Source: an uncultured bacterium
GTDB taxonomy: Bacteria; Patescibacteriota; Minisyncoccia; Phycocordibacterales; GWA1-40-21
Assembly (NCBI GenBank): GCA_963798465.1
Contig: CAWCTC010000001.1
Coordinates: forward strand, 592,465 to 656,464
Length of the DNA: 64,000 nt
Direction of reading: 5' to 3'
The translations under genes and the position numbers were made by a program. Positions 35,855 through 43,597 of the stretch are shown piece by piece (positions within the stretch are counted from its first letter, which is position 1; each line of letters opens with the position of its first letter). The notes below the pieces were generated by a model that ran no database searches, had not been told where the DNA came from, and saw only the letters and a program-made list of their open reading frames with translations.

Positions 35855-35888
35855 AACCTCAAGGTATAAACCTTGAGGTTTTCTTTTT
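35855..35888 (+). terminator. Intrinsic terminator
   Basis: AACCTCAAGG ... CCTTGAGGTT + a T-rich run. Confidence 0.8.
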
Positions 35889-35933
35889 GACTTAGCGAAG
35901 TCACATCGCACAACCGACATTATAGTGCGATGC
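35889..35933. repeat. Solo copy of the GACTTAGCGAAGTCAC...GTGCGAT repeat module
   Basis: Same unit as the interior of the composite MITEs at 24930..25043 and 61427..61523. Confidence 0.55.
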
Positions 35934-36016
35934 TATAAATTCGACAAAATAACCTTATTTATAGCCAATTTTAGTGTTTAATAAGACATATTTGTTGGTA
36001 AAGGTCAATATAATGC

Positions 36017-36044
36017 TTGACAAGATTTATTAATATGTTATCAT
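36017..36044 (+). promoter_or_regulatory. Sigma70-type promoter TTGACA-N16-TATCAT
   Basis: Read directly; upstream of the 45-aa ORF. Confidence 0.55.
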
Positions 36045-36089
36045 GTTGGCAGGAAATAAGAACAAATAAAATAAAAACGGGAGGCTATC

Positions 36090-36227
36090 ATGGCAAAGTT
36101 ATTAAAGTTTTTTTTCGGAAAGAAAAAAGTAATAGACACGGGAGCATTCATGGTGATTGAGGACTACTCACCCGAGGCCGTGACAAATAGGCTGGTAGAA
36201 ACATGGAGAAAGGAGAAAGCTGCCTAG
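36090..36227 (+). CDS. Small protein, 45 aa
   Basis: GGGAGG lies 5 nt upstream of ATG 36090. Sequence is MAKLLKFFFGKKKVIDTGAFMVIEDYSPEAVTNRLVETWRKEKAA. Confidence 0.5.
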   Translation: MAKLLKFFFGKKKVIDTGAFMVIEDYSPEAVTNRLVETWRKEKAA

Positions 36228-36236
36228 CCGACGGCC

Positions 36237-36285
36237 AAAACCGGTGAGCGAAAATTTCTTTAAGAAATTTTCGCTCACCGGTTTT
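36237..36285 (+). terminator. Very strong intrinsic terminator
   Basis: AAAACCGGTGAGCGAAAATTTCTT / AAGAAATTTTCGCTCACCGGTTTT, a stem of more than 20 bp. Confidence 0.85.
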
Positions 36286-36290
36286 AATTT

Positions 36291-36317
36291 TGTAAGAATT
36301 CCCCGCTTCATACGTCT
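36291..36317 (+). promoter_or_regulatory. ECF-type promoter TGTAAG-N16-CGTCT (copy 1, before the 18-aa micro-ORF)
   Basis: TGTAAGAATT + N12 + CGTCT, identical in both boxes and spacing to 37439..37465. It resembles Bacillus SigX/SigM-type consensus (TGTAAC/TGCAAC-N16-17-CGTC). Confidence 0.6.
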
Positions 36318-36359
36318 TCATGAGTGAAAGAACAAATTTTTTTCAAAGGAGGAAAAATC

Positions 36360-36416
36360 ATGCCAAATGATGAAGATTTTTTTAAGAGGTGGCTCAAATT
36401 ACTTTTCAGAAGGTAA
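36360..36416 (+). CDS. Micro-ORF, 18 aa, amphipathic
   Basis: AAGGAGG lies 7 nt upstream of ATG 36360. Sequence is MPNDEDFFKRWLKLLFRR. Flanked by the ECF-type promoter and its own terminator. Confidence 0.45.
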   Translation: MPNDEDFFKRWLKLLFRR

Positions 36417-36433
36417 ATGAGCTTCGTCTTAAA

Positions 36434-36466
36434 AGCCCGCACGAAACAAAACGTGCGGGCTTTTTC
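36434..36466 (+). terminator. Intrinsic terminator
   Basis: AGCCCGCACG-AAACAAAA-CGTGCGGGCT + T5. Confidence 0.8.
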
Positions 36467-36517
36467 TTTGTTTCACTTCCCTATCAAAAAAAATACATCG
36501 GCGATTTTTTTTGCAAA

Positions 36518-36544
36518 CAAAAAACACCCGCTCAATAGGTGTTT
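36518..36544 (-). terminator. Intrinsic terminator of the 36577..37311 gene
   Basis: AAACACC-TATTGAGC-GGGTGTTT + T-run on the minus strand. Confidence 0.6.
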
Positions 36545-36576
36545 CCTGTTTCTAATAAATCTTGCTGAGTATTCTA

Positions 36577-37311
36577 CTACTTATTAAATTTTTTTACAAA
36601 CCATCCGAACAGGCTAAACTTGCTGTTGTTGTTTTTCACATATTGATTCAGACTGGACATCTGATCTTTCAAGTTTTGTATATCGGTCAATGCCGTCGTC
36701 TTATCGGTTGAAGAGGCAACTCCAGAAATCTGACCGGTCAATTGTGTTATCTCCGCTTGCAACATATTTATCTGATTCATTATTGAATTAAGATTGCTGT
36801 AGTCCGGACCAATCAAAAAATTTTCGAAAGGATTTCTGCTGTCCACTTTGGTTACAGCTGCTGCAATCGTATTGGTCGAACTTGCCTCATCTGCGACAAG
36901 CGTTTTTATCTGATCGGATAAAGTTCCGAGTTTGTCTGCAACATCAAGCAAATTTTGCGTGCTTGAAGCGATATTCATTTTAAAATTTATTCCAAACTGA
37001 TCAAAAATCGGATGCCTCATCATCGTTGAAGAAGCGGTTGAAGAACCATATCTAAAACCCGGTCTTGTCGTTGAAGCATTTTTCCAATTTGCCGGTCTGT
37101 TCAAAGATGACGAAGAAAATGCTGGGGGCATTCCTCTGAAATTTCTCTCCCCTGCTCTTATCATTCTTGTAGAACTTGCGGTTGTGGAAGTTGCGACCGA
37201 AGTCGAATCCGTTGATGTCGAATCATCGGCAAAAACCAAAGACACTGGAATCAATGCAAAGGACAACGCGAGCAAAGAGCACAATATCGAACTTATTTTT
37301 TTATTTTTCAT
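36577..37311 (-). CDS. Secreted Ser/Thr-rich hypothetical protein
   Basis: Signal-like N-terminus (SSILCSLLALSFALIPVSLVFA), low-complexity ST tracts, helical C-terminal half. Confidence 0.55.
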   Translation of the reverse strand: MKNKKISSILCSLLALSFALIPVSLVFADDSTSTDSTSVATSTTASSTRMIRAGERNFRGMPPAFSSSSLNRPANWKNASTTRPGFRYGSSTASSTMMRHPIFDQFGINFKMNIASSTQNLLDVADKLGTLSDQIKTLVADEASSTNTIAAAVTKVDSRNPFENFLIGPDYSNLNSIMNQINMLQAEITQLTGQISGVASSTDKTTALTDIQNLKDQMSSLNQYVKNNNSKFSLFGWFVKKFNK

Positions 37312-37438
37312 AATTTTATTTTATTAAATTGATAATTTATTTAACGCGACCTTATAGCTGTTAAGACGCCAATAAACATTAAAGCTTACGTAGACAAAAT
37401 CATGTTTGCATTGTATCATAAAATCAAGAGATAATATA

Positions 37439-37465
37439 TGTAAGAATTAGCCTTTTTACACGTCT
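37439..37465 (+). promoter_or_regulatory. ECF-type promoter TGTAAG-N16-CGTCT (copy 2, autoregulatory position before the sigma gene)
   Basis: Ends 17 nt upstream of the GTG start at 37483. Confidence 0.6.
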
Positions 37466-37482
37466 CCATAAATAGAACAGCT

Positions 37483-37992
37483 GTGAAAGAAAAATTTATA
37501 TCACTTTACAACAAGCTTTCGGATTCCGTATTCAGATACTGCCTTTTCAGAGTATCCGACAGAGATTCTGCACTTGATATCACCCAAGAAACTTTTACAA
37601 AATATTGGGATGCGCTTGCCGGAGGCCAGAAAATAAATAATGACAGAGCGCTCATATTCACCATCGCGAGAAATTTGATAATTGACCATTACAGAAAAAA
37701 GAAATCAGTTTCGCTTGAAGCGATGACGGAAACGGAGGATGGAGAAAATTTCGAGGATTTTATCCTGGTGGAAGACAACAAAAAATACGAAATCGAATTG
37801 GAAACGGAAGCAAGATTTTTGATCAACAAGATAATTGAATTGCCAAAATCATACCAGCAAGTCGTCTATCTCAGATTCGTCGAAGATTTGAAACCGGATG
37901 AAATAGCAAAAATTCTCGGAATATCAGTGAGCGCAGCTTCGGTAAGAATCCACAGAGGAATTGAAGAATTGAAAAAATTGACGGGATACTAA
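37483..37992 (+). CDS. ECF (group 4) sigma-70 family RNA polymerase sigma factor
   Basis: Region 2 (SALDITQETFTKYW, IFTIARNLIIDHYRKK) and region 4 (YQQVVYLRFVEDLKPDEIAKILGISVSAASVRIHRG). Confidence 0.8.
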   Translation: MKEKFISLYNKLSDSVFRYCLFRVSDRDSALDITQETFTKYWDALAGGQKINNDRALIFTIARNLIIDHYRKKKSVSLEAMTETEDGENFEDFILVEDNKKYEIELETEARFLINKIIELPKSYQQVVYLRFVEDLKPDEIAKILGISVSAASVRIHRGIEELKKLTGY

Positions 37993-38001
37993 AAATAAAA
38001 A

Positions 38002-38112
38002 TACTTGTCCCGTTATAAATAACGAGATAAATCAAAATAAAGTTTAAATAAAATTTAAAGATAAGCATAATCAGGTCGACAAATATTAGAAGCATAAAAA
38101 TTTATAACTGGG
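38002..38112 (+). promoter_or_regulatory. H3 intercistronic element copy 2
   Basis: TACTTGTCCCGTTATAAATAACGAGAT ... ATTTATAACTGGG abuts ATG 38113. ACGGGAT (37981), ACGAGAT (38022) and ACTGGGAT (38107) are all complementary to the single TCCCGT. Confidence 0.5.
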
Positions 38113-38862
38113 ATGGAAGATAAAAAATTAAAAAATGTAATAGGCCAGATAAAAAAAGTTTCTCTTTCGCAAGATGAGAAAAGCAAGATTTTGCATAATC
38201 TTTCTGTCTACGCCGATTTTCACAGAGCGATATTGAGCCCGTCTTCGCTGTTTTCATATTTTAAAAATTCAAATAAAAAATTCGCATATGTTTTGGCTTC
38301 CGTAATCATACTCATACTCGCCGGAGGAACAGCAGTTTACGCATCGGAAGATTCCCTTCCCGGAGATTTGCTCTACCCTATCAAAACAAAAGTTGTCGAA
38401 CCGATTAAAGTCGCTTTGGCAACAACTCCGGCAGCAAAAGCTGATGTCGAAGCAAGTTTGGCTGTCGAAAGATTGAAAGAAGCAGAAACTTTAGATCAAA
38501 AAGGCAAATTAACTCCCAATATTAAAAAAGAAATAGATGGAAACCTATCAAATGACATGTCTAATTTTTTCAAAATAAAAAATCAGATGGAAGGAACAAC
38601 GACTGACAGCACAAGTTCTGAAATTGAAAATACAAAAATAAAAGCTGAATTTGAAAATAGGCTAGGATCTCATAAAGAGATGTTCAATAAATTGAATCAT
38701 GAAAATTCATATAATCCAGCACAAAAAATGTTCCAAGCGACATCAACCGGAACTTCGACAAATTCATATATCAGAGGAAACGCAAAAAATATGAAAATGC
38801 CTGATAGCAGAAGCACGAGCTCAGGATATACGAAAGAAAATCCATTTCAAAACAATTATTAA
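38113..38862 (+). CDS. Putative anti-sigma factor (single TM helix, DUF5667-like extracytoplasmic domain)
   Basis: Position immediately after the ECF sigma gene. TM helix FAYVLASVIILILAGGTAVYA, then LPGDLLYPIKTKVVEPIKV. Confidence 0.45.
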   Translation: MEDKKLKNVIGQIKKVSLSQDEKSKILHNLSVYADFHRAILSPSSLFSYFKNSNKKFAYVLASVIILILAGGTAVYASEDSLPGDLLYPIKTKVVEPIKVALATTPAAKADVEASLAVERLKEAETLDQKGKLTPNIKKEIDGNLSNDMSNFFKIKNQMEGTTTDSTSSEIENTKIKAEFENRLGSHKEMFNKLNHENSYNPAQKMFQATSTGTSTNSYIRGNAKNMKMPDSRSTSSGYTKENPFQNNY

Positions 38863-38908
38863 TAATGTTATAATTGGCGTGTTATATTATTCATAATAAA
38901 AAATACTC

Positions 38909-39325
38909 ATGATTTATCTTTTTGAATGGACGCCGGCCATTTCTGTCGGTGATGCGATAATCGACGCTCAGCATCAAAGACTGCTCGGCGAAGTCAATAC
39001 CCTCCTTTCATATATTGTCTCAGAAAAAAATGATGAATTGGTTATGGAAGCGGTTTCTTTTCTTGATAAATATATCAGCGAACATTTATATTATGAGGAG
39101 CAATACATGGCGGAGCATAAATTTCCAGAAATCGAGGAACATAAAAAACTGCACAAAGATTTCATCGACCATTACAAAATTTTTCATGAGCAGCTCAAAG
39201 CCGGAGTGTCGAGAGAAACCTTGGCTTTGGACATTGAACAATATATAGGAAACTGGTGGCTCAATCATATCGGCAAAGAAGATCACAAATATGCCATGTA
39301 TATCGCAAACCACGAAATAAAATAA
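38909..39325 (+). CDS. Hemerythrin-like (bacteriohemerythrin) protein
   Basis: WTPAISVGDAIIDAQHQRL, EHLYYEEQYM, HKKLHKDFI, WWLNHIGKEDHKY (His/Glu iron ligand pattern). Confidence 0.8.
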   Translation: MIYLFEWTPAISVGDAIIDAQHQRLLGEVNTLLSYIVSEKNDELVMEAVSFLDKYISEHLYYEEQYMAEHKFPEIEEHKKLHKDFIDHYKIFHEQLKAGVSRETLALDIEQYIGNWWLNHIGKEDHKYAMYIANHEIK

Positions 39326-39327
39326 TT

Positions 39328-39357
39328 AAAAATCACTCCATTAGCGGAGTGATTTTT
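39328..39357. terminator. Bidirectional terminator
   Basis: AAAAATCACTCC-ATTAGC-GGAGTGATTTTT between convergent genes. Confidence 0.75.
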
Positions 39358-39368
39358 AAACTATTTGA

Positions 39369-39485
39369 TTATAAGTTTTTTCTCTTTCTATTTGCGATTC
39401 TTGCATTTTTTGTTGCAAGTCTCTTCGTTGTCTTTTTAGAACGAGAAGCCTTATTTTTAGTATTTACTGCCATTCTTTTTGCCAT
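39369..39485 (-). CDS. Unlisted small basic protein, 38 aa, with bL34-like C-terminal motif
   Basis: MAKRMAVNTKNKASRSKKTTKRLATKNARIANRKRKNL. RLATKNAR resembles the RMATKNGR core of ribosomal protein L34. TATAAT lies 9 nt upstream of the ATG, and a terminator follows directly. Confidence 0.4.
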   Translation of the reverse strand: MAKRMAVNTKNKASRSKKTTKRLATKNARIANRKRKNL

Positions 39486-39574
39486 AATGAAAGTATTATA
39501 TACGAAAAAATAAATAATAGCAATATGGTTTTTATATAATGCAAAAAAATTAATTTGGTGATAATCTTATATTC

Positions 39575-40879
39575 ATGCGGAACAATATTGTATTTGAAGG
39601 CGCAGACCAGCTTACCTATGAAATCAGGGAAATTGTTGATATCGCAGAAAAAATTGAAAAAACCGGAGTAAAAATTGTCTGGAATAATATCGGCGATCCA
39701 GTCGCAAAAGGCGAAAAAATTCCAGAATGGATAAAAGAAATTGTCGCAGAAACAGTAAAAAATGACGACAAAAGTTATGCATATTCGCCCACTCGCGGAC
39801 TTCTGGCGACAAGAGAATATATTGCAAAAGAAAGAAATCTTGAAGGCGGAATACAAATCACTCCAGAAGATATTTTATTTTTCAATGGACTTGGAGATGC
39901 AATTTCAAAAGTTTATACATATTTAAATTCAAAAACTCGAGTCATCGGACCAAATCCTGCTTACTCAACTCACTCAAGTGCTGAAGCTGGACATGCCGAT
40001 GCTCCACACATCACTTACAAACTTGATCCAAACAATCATTGGTATCCAGATCTCGATGACATGCGCACAAAAATCAAAGCTAATAAAAATATTTGCGGAA
40101 TTTTGATAATCAATCCCGACAATCCGACAGGAATGGTTTATCCGCAAGAAATTTTGAAAAAAATTGTCGACATCGCTCGCGAGTTCAAACTTTTTATAAT
40201 TTCCGACGAAATTTATTCAAATCTTTTTTATGGAGTCGAGCACAAAAAACTCGCATCAGTCATCGGCGAAGTTCCAGGACTTGCGCTTCGCGGAATTTCA
40301 AAAGAATTTCCTTGGCCAGGTTCTCGTTGTGGCTGGGCTGAATTTTATAATTGCGATAAAGACAAAGACTTCGCAAGATATGCAAAAACTTTACTCGATG
40401 CAAAAAGACTTGAAGTCTGCTCGACAACTTTGCCTCAAAAAGTTTTGCCAAAAGTCATGAGCGATACACGATATTATCCATACTTAGCCGAGAGAAATAA
40501 AATTTATCAGAAAAAATCAGAAATTGCTTACGAAAGTTTTTCAAAAATTCCTGAGCTCATAGTTCACAAACCAAACGGCGCATATTACATGACAATAGTT
40601 TTTAAAAATGGAGTTTTAAACAACAAACAGAAACTTCTGCCAGCAAATCCTGGAGCTTGGAAAATAATAGAAGGGATTTCTGAAACAGATAAGCTTGATA
40701 AGCGTTTTGTATATCAGCTTCTAGCTTCAAAAGGAATTTGTGTAGTTCCCCTTTCTTCTGGCTTCAATTCTGATCTATATGGATTCAGAATTGTTCTGCT
40801 TGAACCAGATGAAAAAAAATTTAAACAAAATATAGAAACAATTGCGGATGCAATTAAAGAATATTTAAAAAGTAAATAA
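39575..40879 (+). CDS. Class I/II pyridoxal-phosphate aminotransferase (AlaA-like)
   Basis: Y..S.G, INPDNPTG, ISDEIY, SKEFPWPGSRCGW (PLP lysine context). Confidence 0.75.
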   Translation: MRNNIVFEGADQLTYEIREIVDIAEKIEKTGVKIVWNNIGDPVAKGEKIPEWIKEIVAETVKNDDKSYAYSPTRGLLATREYIAKERNLEGGIQITPEDILFFNGLGDAISKVYTYLNSKTRVIGPNPAYSTHSSAEAGHADAPHITYKLDPNNHWYPDLDDMRTKIKANKNICGILIINPDNPTGMVYPQEILKKIVDIAREFKLFIISDEIYSNLFYGVEHKKLASVIGEVPGLALRGISKEFPWPGSRCGWAEFYNCDKDKDFARYAKTLLDAKRLEVCSTTLPQKVLPKVMSDTRYYPYLAERNKIYQKKSEIAYESFSKIPELIVHKPNGAYYMTIVFKNGVLNNKQKLLPANPGAWKIIEGISETDKLDKRFVYQLLASKGICVVPLSSGFNSDLYGFRIVLLEPDEKKFKQNIETIADAIKEYLKSK

Positions 40880-40883
40880 TTTC

Positions 40884-41174
40884 ATGCCAAAATTAACTTT
40901 AGGCGGAAAAATCACAAATAGCCATTCTACTCTCACAGAAGTCGCTGAGAAACTTGTATATGAAGCTATTAAATCACCTCTTATATCAAAAATTGGAATT
41001 GCCAACATCACCCACATCGGCGGTGGAGGAAGAAAAAGTTTGAAATTTTTACCTATTACCGGCGGAATAAAAGCGATTGTTCGTGGAAGCGGTTCGGTGC
41101 AAGAACTTTATATTTACACAGACAAGCCGGCTGAAACTGAAGCTGAACTTGCTGAAATTTTTTCTAAAATTTAA
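40884..41174 (+). CDS. Hypothetical protein, 96 aa
   Basis: ORF directly following the aminotransferase gene; no motif recognised. Confidence 0.45.
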   Translation: MPKLTLGGKITNSHSTLTEVAEKLVYEAIKSPLISKIGIANITHIGGGGRKSLKFLPITGGIKAIVRGSGSVQELYIYTDKPAETEAELAEIFSKI

Positions 41175-41211
41175 TTTTTGTAAGTAAATTTTAATATGCT
41201 AAACTAAAACC

Positions 41212-42159
41212 ATGAAAAACATAGTCGTAATCGGCGGAGGTTCGGGAATATTCAATGTGCTTAAAGGATTGAAAAACTATCCCGTTTCCATAACTTCGAT
41301 TGTTACGACTTTTGATAATGGCGGAAGTACGGGAATATTGCGCGACGAATTCGGCACTCTTCCTCCTGGAGATTTGCGTCGCTCTCTGGTCGCACTTTCT
41401 CCCGACACTGGTGACTCGACAATCCGCGATTTATTTAATTTTCGATTCCCGAAAGACAGTTCGCTTCACGGACATAGTTTTGGAAATCTTTTTCTTCAAG
41501 CTTTGACGTCGATTTCCGGAAGCGAAGTCAGCGCGATAAAAAAGGCTTCGGAAATTTTAAATATCAAAAATAAAATTCTCCCGATTTCGATAGATAATGC
41601 ACAGCTCTGCGCAAAGCTTGAAAATGGAAAAATAATAAAAGGAGAAACGAATATTGATATTCCGAAACACGATGGCTCGATAAAAATTAAAGAACTTTAT
41701 CTGGAACCGAGCGCAATTATTTATAATGAAGCATACGATGCAATAGTTAATGCTGATTTGATAATAATCGGCCCTGGAGATTTATACACTTCCATTCTTC
41801 CGAATGTTTTAGTCGAAGGATTTTCCGATGCAATTAAAAATACCAAAGCAAAAATCGCCTATGTTCTCAACATCATGACAAAATGGGGCGAAACAAATCA
41901 TTTTTCAGCTTCAGATTTTGCAAAGACTTTGCTTTCCTATATCAAAAAAGATAAATTGGACTACATAATCTGCAATAAATCGCAAATCAATAAAACACTC
42001 ATGAAAAAATATGAGGAAGAAAAATCAGAACCAGTCTTTATAGATAATGAAGAATTGAAAAAATATTCGGAAAATATTATCGAGGAGGACGTAGCATTGC
42101 AAACAGATATCGTGAGACATGATCCCGCAAAAATATCGCGATTGATAATGAAATTATAA
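41212..42159 (+). CDS. YvcK/CofD-family (UPF0052) gluconeogenesis-factor-like protein
   Basis: IVVIGGGSG and VTTFDNGGSTGILRDEFGTLPPGDLR. Confidence 0.8.
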   Translation: MKNIVVIGGGSGIFNVLKGLKNYPVSITSIVTTFDNGGSTGILRDEFGTLPPGDLRRSLVALSPDTGDSTIRDLFNFRFPKDSSLHGHSFGNLFLQALTSISGSEVSAIKKASEILNIKNKILPISIDNAQLCAKLENGKIIKGETNIDIPKHDGSIKIKELYLEPSAIIYNEAYDAIVNADLIIIGPGDLYTSILPNVLVEGFSDAIKNTKAKIAYVLNIMTKWGETNHFSASDFAKTLLSYIKKDKLDYIICNKSQINKTLMKKYEEEKSEPVFIDNEELKKYSENIIEEDVALQTDIVRHDPAKISRLIMKL

Positions 42160-42160
42160 A

Positions 42161-43270
42161 ATGCAGATAAAAAAAGTAAAAAAAGTTGTAAAAAGTAAAA
42201 AATTTTGGCTTATTTCCAGTATAGTCTATTTGGCGTTGGCCGTAGTTTTAATTTTTCTTTTCGGCAATGTTGTATCTTCAAAATTGGATGCTGACGGACA
42301 ACTTATCAAAAATATAATCGTTCCAAAATATCCAGCATTAAATAAAAAAGATTATGATGAGAGAATAAATTTGCTATCACACCTCTCAGCGACTTCGACA
42401 TATTTACAAGACATTTCTTCAACAACAACTTCGACCTCGACAAAAAAACTTATCTGGCCGATAAAAACTCCTTATCCGGATGACGGTGCACTTTTGCCTT
42501 TCAACCGCATCGTAGCATATTATGGAAATTTTCTTTCAACAGGAATGGGCGTGCTCGGAGAATATCCCGAAGATCAAGTTCTTTCGATGCTTCAAACGGA
42601 AGTTGCTAAATGGACAGCAGCCGATCCAAGCACACCGGTAATTCCTGCGATACAATATATTGCAGTGACAGCTCAAGGTTATGCTGGAGCTGACGGAAAA
42701 TATCGTGCACGAATGCCGGATGATCAAATACAAAAAGCGATAGATATGGCGGCAAAAATAAATGGAATAGTAATTCTTGATGTTCAAATCGGCCAGTCCA
42801 CGCTTGAAGACGAAGTTCCGCTTCTTGAAAAATATCTTGAAATGCCGCAAGTTCATCTTGCCATCGATCCGGAATTCGCAATGCAGCCCGGCCAAGTGCC
42901 TGGTGATGTTTATGTCGGCACTATGGATGCAAAAGATATAAATTGGACAATTAATTATCTTGCTGGACTTGTAAAACAATACGACTTGCCGCCAAAAATT
43001 TTAGTCATACACCGATACAGAGAAGGTATGGTGACAAATTATAAAGAAATTGAAACAATACCGGAAGTGCAAACTGTTATGAACATGGATGGTTGGGGCA
43101 ATGTTCCCGGAAAGACTTCAATTTATAAAGAGTATATTGAAGATGAGCCTGTAGAATTTACCGGAATAAAACTTTTCTATAAAAATGATACCACCGGAGG
43201 CAGTACGATGATGACCACGGACCAAATCTTGAAATTAACTCCAGAACCGATTTATATCCAATATCAATAA
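42161..43270 (+). CDS. Membrane-anchored hypothetical protein
   Basis: N-terminal TM helix, then a soluble domain with no motif I can name. Confidence 0.5.
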   Translation: MQIKKVKKVVKSKKFWLISSIVYLALAVVLIFLFGNVVSSKLDADGQLIKNIIVPKYPALNKKDYDERINLLSHLSATSTYLQDISSTTTSTSTKKLIWPIKTPYPDDGALLPFNRIVAYYGNFLSTGMGVLGEYPEDQVLSMLQTEVAKWTAADPSTPVIPAIQYIAVTAQGYAGADGKYRARMPDDQIQKAIDMAAKINGIVILDVQIGQSTLEDEVPLLEKYLEMPQVHLAIDPEFAMQPGQVPGDVYVGTMDAKDINWTINYLAGLVKQYDLPPKILVIHRYREGMVTNYKEIETIPEVQTVMNMDGWGNVPGKTSIYKEYIEDEPVEFTGIKLFYKNDTTGGSTMMTTDQILKLTPEPIYIQYQ

Positions 43271-43280
43271 GAAAAATTTT

Positions 43281-43304
43281 AAAAGCAGTTGAAGAACTGC
43301 TTTT
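43281..43304 (+). terminator. Intrinsic terminator
   Basis: AAAAGCAGTT-GAAG-AACTGCTTTT. Confidence 0.7.
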
Positions 43305-43597
43305 AAAATACCAGGTTTTCTTTACGGTATAGGCGTCGGCCACCGCCGACTTCTAAACACAACTCGCTTCACTCAAGTGATTACACTTTCGCGAATCGAT
43401 CTCCGTTAAAAAATAAAGGAACGCTTGCCCTTTGTTCATATCAATTCACATATTTTTTTGATAATAGTCAATACAAGAATCAGTTTATTTTTTTAAAAAA
43501 ATTTTATATAATACAAACATAACTTTTAGTTAAGTGCACTAAATTTTAAACATCCGTAATAGGTGTTTTTTAATTTAGTTTTTATTAATTTTAATTC

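Noticed and set aside
39256-39513. An 85-aa hydrophobic plus-strand ORF in the hemerythrin-aminotransferase gap.
   Set aside because: It has no start signal and begins inside the hemerythrin gene. The opposite strand carries a better-supported small basic ORF with a promoter and terminator.
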